From NCBI GenBank assembly GCA_030704615.1, contig CM060731.1, positions 76,694,001 to 76,758,000 of the forward strand: a stretch of 64,000 nt of DNA, read 5' to 3'. The notes below the pieces were generated by a model. It saw only the letters and a program-made list of their open reading frames with translations. It was not told the origin of the DNA and did not search any database. Source of the DNA: Takakia lepidozioides (Eukaryota > Plantae > Bryophyta). Positions 25,095 to 36,964 of the stretch are shown here, one piece after another (positions within the stretch are counted from its first letter, which is position 1; each line of letters opens with the position of its first letter). The position numbers were made by a program, and so were the translations under genes.

Positions 25095-25698
25095 GACGTC
25101 ACAAACGATGATGTCAGCCAAGCTAGCTTCAAGGAGAAGACTCCACATTCAATGTACTTGATACACGCTAAGGAGAGAGAAACACCACACATCAGTATAT
25201 ATAGCTACACTTCCAACACTCTTGCATCTTGTATTGGCAGCATGGAGTCACAAGAACCAAATACATTGGAATTGTCGCTTACCCAACTACCAGATCAGCC
25301 GTTCCGACTCTCACGACCTTCAATATTACGCTGACGCTCTCGAGACGATGGGCCACCAATGCGATGTGTATTTCCTCATTTGGACCCCGTACGACAGCAA
25401 GTGGAGCCTACTCGAAGTCTAATAATTCAGTTGGAGGTTGAGGCTTCGGACCCAGAGGGCAACGAAATCATGTTTGAAGGCAACTTCGAAAATCAGAATG
25501 CTCAAATTACTGCGTGGTCCCAAGTTCAAGGTGTTGGACACTATCGATGGTTACAGGGACCTATAAATCATTTGAATCAAGAACGAAGAGCCGAATACTT
25601 GGCAAGTACCATTCGTCGGATTTTGGATTTTCTCCAACTCTAAGCAAGTCCAAGATTTTACCGCTCCTCGAGGAACTCGGCGCTAGAGGAGGGGGTGA

Positions 25699-26300
25699 TG
25701 TCACGGACATAGCCCAGAGGAACTTACCAGGAGTAAATACCAGAAGTTACCAAGTTACTATGTTACCGAAAGTTACCACGACTTACCGTGATTTACCATT
25801 ACTTACCAAGTTACCGGGAGTTTACCAAATTACCAAGAGTAACTTGGGAAACTACTCAGGAAGCTTCATTTGGAGGAAACTTCTCCATCAAGATACCTCC
25901 TTTGTTTAAGGAAGCTTCTCCATCAAGAAACCTTTGTTTAATCTTGGAAACTTCTCCAGCAAGAAACCTCCATAAGGGAAGCTTCTTGGGGAAGCTTCTT
26001 AGTAGCCAGTATATATAGGAGACGAGACTGGACACTCTTCAGTCTCGCCAACACAAGTTCAAGCTACTCTTGTTCCAAGTCCAATACTCCAGTCCAGCTT
26101 CCAGTATCCAGTCCAGTTTCCAGCATTCCAGTATCCGAGTCGAGTTCCAGTATTTTGTACTCTTGTCCATTGTTATAAAGATAATCTTGATTCATATTCA
26201 CCTACCATGCAATCGGCCACGCCGACCTTGACTTCTTGTCTAGTCTTGTACCTCTAGTCTGATATCTTGTTTGTGTTCTGTCATGTTCTCATCATTGACA
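25699..26300 (+). repeat. 3' LTR of the chromovirus
   Basis: Direct repeat of 19190-19801, preceded by PPT AGAGGAGGGGG. Confidence 0.97.
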
Positions 26301-27246
26301 GGATGGGCCACGTTGACCAACTCGTAGATTTTGCGCCATAAGGATTCACCCCAGCCAATGCCAAACCAAGATGCAGGTTGCGTGGATCTGATGCGAACTC
26401 CGGCCAAGTGTTGTCAATGTGCCACCAAGCTTTGTTGTCTGCAGCATGACGAACGAGCCCATCTTTGCTTTTGTGATTGTTATGCCAACTCATGAGCTCT
26501 GCCACCGATTTCACTCTAAACATTCGTTTCAACCTGGGTATGAGAGGGAAGTGTCGCAAAAATTTCTTAGGCACCTTCCCACGACCTGCAAAATACCTTC
26601 CACTTTGGCACTTTAGGCAAATCTCAGTTTTTTCAAGCTCTCCACGGAACAATACACAACCCTGTTTGCATGCATGAATCTGTTTGTATGTTAGCCCCAT
26701 CCTGGCTATCATTGTTTTTGCCTCATAATGTGATTTCGGCAACGCATTCTCTTTAGGCAAAAATGAATCCTTCAGTAATGACAGGAGCTCATCCACAAAC
26801 GCATTTGTACACTTGTGGGTCGTGCAACAATTCAGCAGCATCAAAGTTGCTGTCAATCTACTGTGATGACACCCTTCATACAAAGGAATCTGTGACTCAC
26901 TGAATATTTTGGCGTAGTCTCCTTCATATTGTTGCCTCTTATCCTCTGTCGTCATCCCACCTCCGTCGTGCAACCCAGTCGAATTTGTGGCATTGCCTGG
27001 TTCCTCAGTGCTTGCATGGGGAATGCCAAATTCATCTTCATTCGCTTGACAAGTCGCGTCCCTACTGATTCTGTCAGTTGTTTCAAAAGCCTCTTGCAAA
27101 GCACGTTGCATCTCCTGTTGTAAAAGTTGTTCTTGGTCAGGTTCACCCACACCCCTCGTTTCAGATGTACAACTGGACGGTCCTTCCTCCCCGTCCGAAT
27201 CTTCATCATACATAATGTGAGCCTGCAATTTGCAGCACCGAAGCAT
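26301..27246 (-). pseudogene. CACTA transposase, N-terminal part (Transposase_21-like)
   Basis: PLYEGC...IHACKQGCVLF...LRHFPLIPRLKR...RHAAD...W...FASDPRNL.LGL...GVNPY...STWPIL; joins in frame to LLNYNLPPW at 19184 once the chromovirus is removed. Confidence 0.93.
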
Positions 27247-27686
27247 GACTCAGCAGTGCAGATACATCAGTAAACGCGAAATGACAAGTCAATATTGTCA
27301 GCTGGTATGCCTTGGGCCAGTTCAAATATTGTTCGGGAACGAAGCCATTTTTTGCAAATTGGAATGATGCTTGATTCATTCACTTCAGCAGTTCAACAAT
27401 GCGTTTGGCTACTATCGATATCTATCCTTGCGGATCCAAGGTTGTCTTTGAGGTTCATCGTCAAACGGTGATCGCAACGTTAGTCTAATCTGGGATTGAA
27501 ACGCCCCCGTTAATCTACTTACTTGAAGTGTTTTGGTGCATGTGTGGAGGTTAGGACACACGTCATGCGATCGTGAAAACAGGTGTAGCCGTGCTTAGGA
27601 CTACCAACGGCATAAAATGTAGTCACGGCCATGACTACCCACGGCCCCACAGCCAACATCTGTGAGACACGTGTTTTGTTACAGGG

Positions 27687-28685
27687 GCAGCAGATTTCCA
27701 TCCTACCTTCGGCCTTGAAGGCCTGGAGTTCGCCCTGGATTTCATTACGAAAGGATGACAACTCATGCACAATGGAAGGAACCAGTTCTTCTGTAATGCC
27801 TTTCACTCCAAGGTCCCCATCAGTATTCTCTAGGTGTCTACTGTCACTAGATAGATGAGTGTGTTTCATGGGTTTAGAGAAGCCTGCCTTGGCAGCTTTG
27901 AGGCGAAGTCGTTCTTCAATTAATTCTACCATCTCATCCTCAGTAGTTTAAGTTTGTTTTTGAAGAAACACTTTCTCAGCTGGTGGAAGACCTTTCACAA
28001 AGCAATGCTTCAAAATAGCTGGTCTCTCTGAGGCAATTAGGACCAACTTACAAATATCAGTCCTTAAATCAAAGTAGTACTTCCACACACTGTCACCATA
28101 ATGAAACTTTAAGTCTGGTGTAGTATAGGCAATGGGCTTTTCTTCACGAAAATGCTTCCGATCCAACTCTCTTGCCTCTACCCAAGTCAGATCGTATTTG
28201 TCTTTGATGTTGGACTCAAACAGCTGCCTGACTTCTCCTTTGAGACAAATACGAAAAGACTTTACTTGGAATCTTGCTGGTACACCATTCATTTCGGTAC
28301 TGATTTCAAAAAATTCTAAGAAAGACTCAAAATCTGCCCCTAAGTTGAATTCAGGGTACTGTTGCTTATGCATTTGCTCGTCAGGTTCAGACTTTCGAGA
28401 GGGAGCATCAGAGGCCTCTGTTTGTCTCAGCAACATCTTCATGAGAGGGGGGCAATCAGAAATCACCCCCATAGCTTCGCATAATTCTTCCACGTCAAAG
28501 GTAGGTGGAGAGTCAGCTGCCGGATCCTTCTGTTTGAAATCTCCGGACGACTCTCCCCTTTCATAGTTCTTTGGTTCATTAGCTGCTGTCTCTCCCCTCT
28601 CCTCCGCTGCACGTTGTTCCAACTCACTTAGCCCCATAGTCTCTTCTGCCTCCTTTTCTAGCATAGATCTTGTGAAAACAGACAT
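27687..28685 (-). pseudogene. gag-like ORF of the tRNA-Ala-primed LTR element, truncated at the CACTA end
   Basis: YPEF...FESFLEFFE...LKGEVRQLF...TW...F...FVKGLP resembles retrotransposon gag; lies downstream of the PBS; one internal stop near 27948. Confidence 0.6.
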
Positions 28686-28703
28686 GAGAAAAAGAAATAC
28701 CCA

Positions 28704-29552
28704 CTACCTGTCAGAAGGGGCACTGAGCTGCGAGTCCCAGCCAGTCACACAGTGAGAGGCGATGAAGCGATGTTTGTGCAGCAGGTACACTCCTTCACCC
28801 AAGAATCCCCACAACTCTTCCTCACTCTTGAGCCAAAAGGTAACCTGCACAATGCTGCGCACGATTTTCTCCTTCACCAACAGAGTATGGGTAGGGTACT
28901 CCTTTGCTGCCTCAGCGTTGTATATCCCCACCGTCTCCTGACGGAAGCAGACCCCTGGGAAAATCACTACATCACTGGGACAAAAGGGAAAATCAGTGTC
29001 TGGAATACCCGTGATCCGGTCCTCCCAAGTGAGCTCTCGGGTAGGGGTGGGCGGAATCCTAGGCCTCAAATTAGCAAGAAGAATAGAGGTACCACCCTTA
29101 ACTAACTCCCACAAACGCAGGGGGCTTGGTTTGCTAGGCGGCAGGAAGCTTTCAAGCTCGACACCCAATTCCCGACTCACAGAGAACTGGGGAATGCCCA
29201 ACATTGCCCAGATGAGAGTCTCACCCCGTCCCAACTGCTCTTTAGCACTAGCAAGGGGTATTTGTAGGGAAACTTCCCTGGAATGAAGTTTGAGAAGAAG
29301 ACGCACAACATAGGCCCCCTGAAGAGACTCGTGAATGCGGCGGCTCTGCTCCCTACGCTCCGCTCTGGTGTGTATGGGCTTGGAGGCCTCCTTGCGAGCA
29401 GTTTCCTCGAAGGTCTTAGCCCAAAACTCAGAGGGTGTGTCCAGCGGAAGCTCAGGACGTGGGAGAAAGGTGGCAGGCGAGTTCGTAGATGTAACGAGAT
29501 TCAAGCGCCTGGGTTTGCCGCATGCATGGAACCTCAAATTGATCGAGCTCAA
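28704..29552 (-). CDS. Extra ORF upstream of gag in the LTR element, unknown function
   Basis: 282-codon stop-free frame between PBS and gag, non-ATG start in the ORF track; C-terminal FWLKSEEELWGFLGEGVYLL...W weakly recalls DUF4283/RRM-like LINE ORF1. Confidence 0.45.
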   Translation of the reverse strand: MSSINLRFHACGKPRRLNLVTSTNSPATFLPRPELPLDTPSEFWAKTFEETARKEASKPIHTRAERREQSRRIHESLQGAYVVRLLLKLHSREVSLQIPLASAKEQLGRGETLIWAMLGIPQFSVSRELGVELESFLPPSKPSPLRLWELVKGGTSILLANLRPRIPPTPTRELTWEDRITGIPDTDFPFCPSDVVIFPGVCFRQETVGIYNAEAAKEYPTHTLLVKEKIVRSIVQVTFWLKSEEELWGFLGEGVYLLHKHRFIASHCVTGWDSQLSAPSDR

Positions 29553-29770
29553 ACCACCCGCGCTCAGAGCTGGAGGCCATCGCGCTTGCTTATGAAAGTT
29601 TCAAAACACAGGGAAGCTTGAGCAGACAGACTCTCTCTCTCCCTCACTGCGCGAAACACACACGCCGCCATTTTGCTATCTCCTCTCTCTGCAATCATGC
29701 CAGATCCCCGTACGCGATCTACTGCCCCAGGTACTTCGTACAAGCTAAATTCTCTGTTACCGACATTCCC

Positions 29771-29788
29771 TACCCCCCATCTCCACCA
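29771..29788 (-). promoter_or_regulatory. Primer-binding site complementary to the tRNA-Ala 3' end
   Basis: Plus strand TACCCCCCATCTCCACCA abuts the LTR; plant cytosolic tRNA-Ala ends ...TACCCCGCATCTCCA-CCA (recalled; one mismatch). Confidence 0.8.
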
Positions 29789-30316
29789 TGATTCCGGAGC
29801 TATGGATTTATTCCCCTCCCTCTACCGGACAAGGCTCTATAAGGGGGATGTAGTCGATAGAGGGGCTTGGCAGAGAAGACGGAATCTCACGAAGAGGACG
29901 CAACTGACTCAAACATCCAGAAACATTCATAAGAGCACTCAAGCACACCGTTACGCTCAGTACTCACACACGTAAGATGAAATCCACCACCCTTCCTGTC
30001 ACGGAGATGGGTTTAAACAGTATTAGGGCATAATCTAATCCTAGCGCCACGCGGTACATACACATAGGCTTTCCATATGTTGTACCAGCCTCACAATAGA
30101 AGAAGCCACATCACCCAGTTCCATTCTAATCTGATCCTAAATTATGTTAGAATAAGACAACATATAATAAAGCCGTAAGCTATTGCCAGCTCATCCTCAT
30201 GCGCAAGGTGTAAGTTCATCCAGACTTCATCTTGGTTCCGTCCATCCCTAAATCATCTGGAGCGCATCCTTCCTCTGTTCATCCAAGTCGAAAAAGCCCC
30301 AGCTCCAGAGGTTATG
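29789..30316 (-). mobile_element. 5' LTR of a minus-strand LTR retrotransposon
   Basis: Repeat of 1501-2043, directly followed on minus by a TGG-initiated PBS. Outer boundary approximate. Confidence 0.8.
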
Positions 30317-30413
30317 AGTATTTGCCCCTCTTCTCTACTTTGTTTTAAAAAAAAAAGTATTTGCAGTACACTGTTTTTAGAAGACTGGGTTCCCCATGTA
30401 ACCTCCGGTTACG

Positions 30414-30441
30414 AGGGCCCGTCCCTAAACCCTAACCCTAA
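30414..30441 (+). promoter_or_regulatory. Site II-like GGGCCC plus telo-box upstream of RPS16
   Basis: GGGCCC followed by AAACCCTAACCCTAA, the usual motif pair in plant ribosomal-protein promoters. Confidence 0.7.
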
Positions 30442-30555
30442 CGTGTATGGAAGGCCTCGGGGTTGAAAAGCCGTCTCTCTTGGTGTCTTGTGTGTGCAGG
30501 CGTGGAGGTGGTGGCAGCCAGCCCTCTGTATCTTCCCGAGCTTGGGGAAGCAACG

Positions 30556-30978
30556 ATGGAGTCGGTGCAGTGCTTTGGACGCAAGAAGACGGCAGTGGCT
30601 GTGACGTACTGCAAGCGGGGGCGTGGGTTGATCAAAATCAATGGCTGTCCTATTGAGCTTGTGGAGCCTGAAATTCTGAGGTACAAGGCCTTTGAGCCTA
30701 TCTTGTTGCTGGGCCGTCAAAAGTTTGCGGGTGTGGACATGCGCATCCGTGTCAGGGGTGGGGGTCACACGTCACAAATCTATGCCATCAGACAGAGCAT
30801 TGCCAAGGCGCTCGTCGCGTTCTACCAGAAATTCGTTGATGAACAATCGAAGAAGGAGATTAAGGACATTTTGGTGAGGTATGACCGCACTTTGCTCGTT
30901 GCCGATCCTCGTCGCTGCGAGCCGAAGAAGTTTGGAGGGCGTGGTGCCCGTGCCCGCTTCCAGAAGTCTTACCGTTGA
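30556..30978 (+). CDS. RPS16: 40S ribosomal protein S16 (uS9), intronless CDS
   Basis: [16 protein letters not shown]...[13 protein letters not shown]...[24 protein letters not shown]; possible short 5' UTR intron ending at 30499. Confidence 0.98.
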   Translation: MESVQCFGRKKTAVAVTYCKRGRGLIKINGCPIELVEPEILRYKAFEPILLLGRQKFAGVDMRIRVRGGGHTSQIYAIRQSIAKALVAFYQKFVDEQSKKEIKDILVRYDRTLLVADPRRCEPKKFGGRGARARFQKSYR

Positions 30979-33360
30979 GTGGAGCTGAGAACTTGGAGGG
31001 CGAGGAGGTGTATGGTTATTCTTTTCGGCTTTCTTCAGTGTGAACAGGAGAGTTTAGATAGGTGTTATGGGTTTTAGGGTTTATGCAGGGGGAGGTCGGG
31101 GTGCGGTTGCTGTTGCGTGGAATTTGAAGTGATTGAAGGTTCATAGCGAGCTGTTTGTTGGAAGGTCTGTCTGAACGCTTTCTTCAACGCGGGAAAATTT
31201 GAGCTGCTATTTGACATTTACAGGTCGTGCAATTTATCTGATTTAGGGAAGTTGTCTCAAGCTGATGGATGCTTCCCATGACACAGACTTGTAAACCATA
31301 GGTCTACCCTAGAACCTTGTGAGACTCCAGAGGGACACCCCTGGATGAGACTCTCTGAGAGGATTTTTGCTGTGAAAATACGCTGATATGCCTGTTGTCG
31401 TTTGCATTAAGCCTTTCTCTGACTGGCAATCAAAAGTTACTGTACTTGAGGGGGTTCTGTTTTAGTGGATTTATTGTTCTTCGGCAGATATTGGTTGGCG
31501 GAGAGCTGATTTGAGCGTCCAGTAATGGAGTCCTAACTGAGTCTGTACTACTTCTCTAAGGAGATTCCATCTATGAAACTGTTTAGCTACGATTCAGTGG
31601 TTCAGCATCATATCATCTCTCAAGTACATTCGTCATCTTCAGTTTTGGTCGTTTTAGAACCTACATCAGCTCTAATGTTTTGTTTCTTCCTGCATCCTCC
31701 TGTTATCAGCAAATATTGAGGTGCATTTAGCTGCATATATGTTACCTCTATTGTATTGCTTACCTGTGCAGGCAGGCGAAATAGTTTTATTTTTAGAGTC
31801 GTGGATGGATCATCCATAATGAACCGGCAGAGACTCTCAAATGTATACTGACCATAGTAAACCACCAAAGGGGCTGAAACGTAGGTGACCTATTCATTTC
31901 AAGCTCATGGCTGGCCTTTCTACACCCATTTGGGACTACTTCCCAAATTGGGACAGTCACCTGCAGTCTGTGTCTGCTTGTTGGTCAGCTGTTTTGAGTG
32001 GGGACCTAGTGGCGCTAGTAGTATATTAGTCTAATGTAGATCCTAACGTGCTGAAGCTTAGTCAGTGTGAGCATGAACCCTGCCACACAACATATGGGTG
32101 CCGGGCTTATTGCAGATTAAGAAAGCCCACCTTATGGCTACACAATGCTAGCCACTAACAACAAGGCAAGGGGAAGCAAGTTGGTACATACTGAAAGTGA
32201 GAGTGTCAAACAGCTTTGAGGCTTGGCTATCATGTGCCCATCTTCCACTTATGTCTCCTGGCTTACCTCACAAGGACCAAGATTTCAGGTCAATTACGCA
32301 AGGATAACATCTGAGAACTTAAGTCTTCAACCACCTTGATTGACCCAAAAAGTTAAAAGTGTCTAACATCCACACAGATCTATAGACGCAGAGCCCATTC
32401 AGGGGCCATTGGATGGTTGAAGCCCCATTGAGCACAATATTTGGTTTTTTTCTCTATCACGTCTTTAAGGATTTTTTCTAGCTGACATTGATGCTTAACA
32501 CAGAAGACACTAATGACTACAATGTAAACACTACATGATGGCTTTTACAACTGAAGTTCCAATGCTTGATTTAGGCAAGGCAACAACAGGAGCAATTTTG
32601 AGTGTCTCAGTCTGTGTTTGGTACTAAGAATACCTGTCCTCCCAAAACCATTTCACAATGAGAGTCCCAAAATTTGACCGACCTCAAAGGTTACAGTATG
32701 AAGACCTCTCCCCCCACCTGATATCAACTGAAAGTTGTAGTAATATAGCAGGTCTCTAGCTATAAAATGATTTCTGTCACAGACTCTCCTAGAGTGAAGC
32801 CATCAGTACAGCCTTGTCATGGGGCCCTCTCTGCGTTTATTGCACTGCAGCCAAAACGGAGGTGCAAGCTCTCTGGCAGCGGTTTGCACTTCCACTTGGC
32901 AGCACTTGGCCCTTCATGCCGTTGCCACATGGCCTCTCTCTTCTGGCAGTTCTCTATGGGCCTTGGGCCACCCTGTGCTCACTTTCATATCCAACTCTCT
33001 GAAGCTTTCAGCTCAAGTTCTTCCATTCTCTGATATTTCTGGCTCTATCTTATGTCTGTCTTTGGGTTGTTGTCCTCTGATTCAGCTGTTTGTGAGTATC
33101 AGCCTCTCCCATAGACGACCTCTCTTTCTACCTACATCCATCTCTGTTGGCTTGATCAAGAGGCCGCTCTAAGTCCCGATTATTTCAATATCCTTATTCC
33201 AGGGGCTCGGAAGCACTTTGAGCTTGCTTCCTGTCTTTCTAAGCTCTTTTGGACGAAGTGGGTTTTAGGCTGCGGTGTTTTTACAGGTAATAAGGGCTGT
33301 ATATGCCTGTCTCTGGATTAGTATTGGTTTGAGGTGACGTTACACTGTCAGGAAGAAAAC

Positions 33361-35514
33361 ATGGCGCAACAGCAACAGACAACGGTAATTTCTCTTTCCT
33401 GAATTTACTTGGATGCTAAAGTAGACGATCGCCCACATTTCGAGTGTTAGAGCCGTGATCTTCGAGAATATTTCGAAATCAGAAGATTTGGTGGTTAATC
33501 TCGAGACACTCATGTTACCGAGTCTGTGTATGTGTACTATAATCGATACATCTTTGAAGTCTAGGTATAGCTATACATATGAAGTGGTTAAGTTCGGAAA
33601 AAAAGTTGATAGTACGCTGTACTTCCTGAATTGAATCTTCATGGAATGTCGATTCAAAACAATATACAGTTGTGGGCAGTTGTGGAATGTCCCCTAGAGA
33701 CATCCCGGGTGCTCTACAAAAATGGTCTCAACTGTTTCAGGCCAAAATTGTTCAGATTCCAAGATCTCTGTGCATCATTTTGGAGGTGACATTTTTGAAA
33801 GCTCCGTAGGCTTGACATTTCTTTGCACAAGTTATAAGTTAGCTTATGATTGTGGAGCAGTTTGCTGGGACGTTCAAGTGATTATCAACCTGTCCCAGCC
33901 ACTAGGGGATTCGTCGAAAATCTGTGCTCAGAAATTGCGATGGTGTAAGAGGACTTGGACCGTGTGTGGAAGAACCTACGTACCCTGCATTATGCCCGGT
34001 GATATATGCAGCTTTGTGGTTTGTGCTTAATATTTTAAAGTCTCCGGTTTCGGGCTGAACTGTACAGCAGGCGGATGGAAAATCCGGAGGACAGCAGAGG
34101 GAGGGGGATGCAGCCATGCCATAGTCAGCACAACATCGAGCAGAGCAGCTGGTGCGTGAAGCAGCCGCTGCTCAAGAAGCCGCGCTGCAGGTACTCATGC
34201 GTAACTAATCTCAAAACTCCAGATTTTCATAGTCAGTCTAGAGCTACTCTTGAAGCTCATGTAGTTTTTGGTGTGCGTATAATGGCATGGGAAGGTGTTT
34301 GGGTTATCTCATTATTCCGTGCATGCACATACTGGTGCTTCATGTGAGCAGGCGACCAACAAAGCTACACAGAAGCAAATGGAATCGATGCAAGCCGCGC
34401 GGGTGGCTGCTGAGGAGGCCATGCAACATGAGGCAGTTGTAAAGGCTGCTGTGAAGGAGGTTGCCGAAGCGCAGAGGGAAGCAACTTTGAAGACCCTGCA
34501 AACCGGCACATTGCAGAACCTTGTAGAGAGGACTGCATACGCAGCTGCTGCAAAGATGGGGCAGAAAACACCCACACCACTTGCACAATATACTGGAAGT
34601 CAGGTTTGTGTCTCGATCGAATGAACTAGGTAGACAAGTATGTATGATCATGTAGATTTTCCCTTCTCTACCTCTGCACAGTTTGAAGCACTCGACCACT
34701 CGAGCAGATCTTCACCCGTGCTTCAACCTGTGCAAGTCATAAGCTTTGAAAGGCTGTACAAATGACTTTGGTCGAATTCTGCTCTTCATGAAAGATTTTT
34801 GGTAGCTCGGGTTTAGATATCTTGGTGGAACAAAGTTTGTCGGAGGTATCTGATCTGTATATACCTCAACACGTGGCCGACCCTTCCCAACAGATAGCAC
34901 CGGTACCTACGCAACTGCCTGCAACTCAAAGCGTCTGGCAGCGGCCGCAAATTAACACCGCTTTCAACAGTCCGAGTCCCTTTTCTGGCCAGCAACCACC
35001 ACCACCACAACCAGCATTTGGGGTAGCAAGCACTTTGCAAGAGAATGTGGGTGCACAGCAACCAACTCAATTTTTGAGGACTTCGGCTTATGATCAGGCG
35101 GTCCCCATCCATCAGTTTGCACCAATACAGGTAGCTGTTAGCTCCCCCCCACCCTTACTTTCCCAATCCGCCTGTGCTAGGAGGGAGGGAGTAATGAGAG
35201 CATACATACGATCTCTGCAGATTTCTTTCAATTGAGGTGTAACATGGAAGATGTACGCTTAGAGATCTCGTTATATGACACCTTAGTAAGTGGGGGTTCA
35301 ATGGCACCTTAGTCTCTTATCCGATTTTTCCAAATCGGAGAACTGTATATGAAATTTCGAGGAGCTGATTGGTGACTGGGCTAATTTGTACCTGCAGACA
35401 GGAGTAGTACAAGGAGCGCCAGTGGCGATAGCATCGCAGCAGCAAGGATCGTTCCAACCATCTTTTCCGTCGTACCCCCAGGAGCAAGGTCCCACTCCTA
35501 TGCAAGAAGGATAG
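33361..35514 (+). CDS. Spliced gene for a Gln/Ala/Pro-rich protein of unknown function (possibly a pseudogene)
   Basis: GT-AG exons 33361-33384, 34071(or 34125)-34190, 34352-34603, 34894-35130, 35398-35514, all phase 0 and in frame; in-frame TAG at 34122-34124 if the upstream acceptor is used. Confidence 0.65.
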
Positions 35515-35600
35515 AGACCTCAGATAGCTCTTGGACATGTTCTCAATTAAATTTTGCGGCTGTTACTGTAGATGATTTGTCGCGTATTGTGGCGGGATTC

Positions 35601-35888
35601 CTCCATTGCAATAGAACTTTGGAAAATGTTTCCAACATGCAGGTTCTTTAGAAGAGCTGTTCCACATCCCCACTTTGGAACTCTGTCATCTCATGCTTGA
35701 TTCTACCAGTTGTACAAAATTTTGGAAACTACAAACAATGCTTCTCCATTGCAATAGAACTTTGGAAAATGTTTCCAACATGCAGGTTCTTTAGAAGAAG
35801 AGCTGCTCCACATCCCCACTTTGGAACTCTATCTCATGCTTGATTCTACCAGTTGTACAAAATTTTGGAAACTACAAACAATGCTTCA
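35601..35888. repeat. Tandem duplication of ~143 bp, 2 copies
   Basis: CTCCATTGCAATAGAAC...CAAACAATGCTT repeated nearly identically. Confidence 0.9.
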
Positions 35889-36964
35889 ACTCCTGTAACC
35901 CTTACAGGAAGGATATTTCATATTCTTGCTAGCAAATCACACATGCATCTTGAGATCTAGGGGTTTAGGGGCTTATCTAATTGGCCATCCCTCTGAAGAT
36001 GGGGCCCTCTCTACCAGCTAACCCTGCCAGACTGCATTCAATGCAAGCTGGGCAGAGGGCGGCGCCCCACAATCTGCAGGACCACCCGTGCCCAAGATCC
36101 GAGCAGCGGGCAAGGCATATGCAGACCGATTATCCCCCGCATGACCCAAGCTTATATAGCTTTCAGTACATCCTCTTCTTCGTGCACTAGTTCGCCTCTA
36201 CTTAATGGTTCTTGTTATGTAGCCTGAGCACTGCTTTCAAGGAGCTGGCTGGGTAAAATCCACTCATTTCAATTCACATTTTGAGGGACAACTGACAACC
36301 CATCTTACTGTCATACTGACAGCACGATTTTTGAAAAATACTATCATTAGCATCTACCTGGTTACAGAGGAGAGCCGAGACAACAGTTGTCGAGGCATGT
36401 CAGAACTTTTCAACCAATGCTTCGTTTGCTCAGTAGACACATACAAAGTATGCTTACACCTTTAAGATAATATATTATACGGCTCAGATCAGCACGAGCC
36501 ATAGCTCCATTGGACACTGTAAATCGAGGTCAAAGGGAATATCCACCGCCCCACCAATTGAGCAAAGAATAACTGTTCTCTCAGGTCGGATGGTTGTTTC
36601 TTTCCTGATAAAGGCTGTCCACAATGGTCACTCATGTTGACTCCAACAGACTAGAGCTCTAGAGAGCTATCTTCCTGGGGCGTAGGTGCTGACTTGATGG
36701 AACTCTCAAGGAACAATTGTTCTCTCGGCAAAAATGGTTGTTCTCCTGATAAAGATGGCCAGAAACACTCATGTAGCTGCAAACAGCCTTAGGGCCCTAA
36801 CAAGAAGACTTGGTGGGCTCAAATCTTTCCGATCTACATTAATGAGATGAACTGTGGAATAAAAACCCTTCAGCCTGGAGTGATCCACATCACTGCAAGC
36901 TTCAATTTATGAGTAGAGATCAACCATCCTTTTGATCAAAATTTAATGTGTAATCCACAGGTGC

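Larger units (their letters stand above)
19190..26300 (+). mobile_element. Full-length chromovirus (Ty3/Gypsy, Tf1/Tcn1-like), inactivated
   Basis: LTRs 19190-19801 and 25699-26300 (TGTCA...TGACA), TSD GGATG (19185-19189 and 26301-26305), PPT 25685-25698, gag-pro-RT-RH-IN-chromodomain with several stops and frameshifts. Confidence 0.97.
3020..27686 (-). mobile_element. CACTA/EnSpm DNA transposon carrying nested insertions
   Basis: Left end CACTACAACAGATCACGCG at 3020; candidate right end (revcomp CCCTGTAACAAAACACGTG, 13/19 match) at 27668-27686; transposase fragments rejoin across the nested insertions. The 3-bp flanks (TTG vs GCA) do not match. Confidence 0.75.

Noticed and set aside
29771-29788. 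tRNA-Ala gene
   Set aside because: Only the 3'-terminal 18 nt including CCA are present next to an LTR; it is a PBS.
30463-30555. N-terminal extension of RPS16 in the ORF track
   Set aside because: Non-ATG start; the conserved protein begins at ATG 30556.
30556-30978. RPS16 as a processed pseudogene
   Set aside because: Intact highly conserved frame, promoter motifs present, no poly(A) tail or TSD seen.
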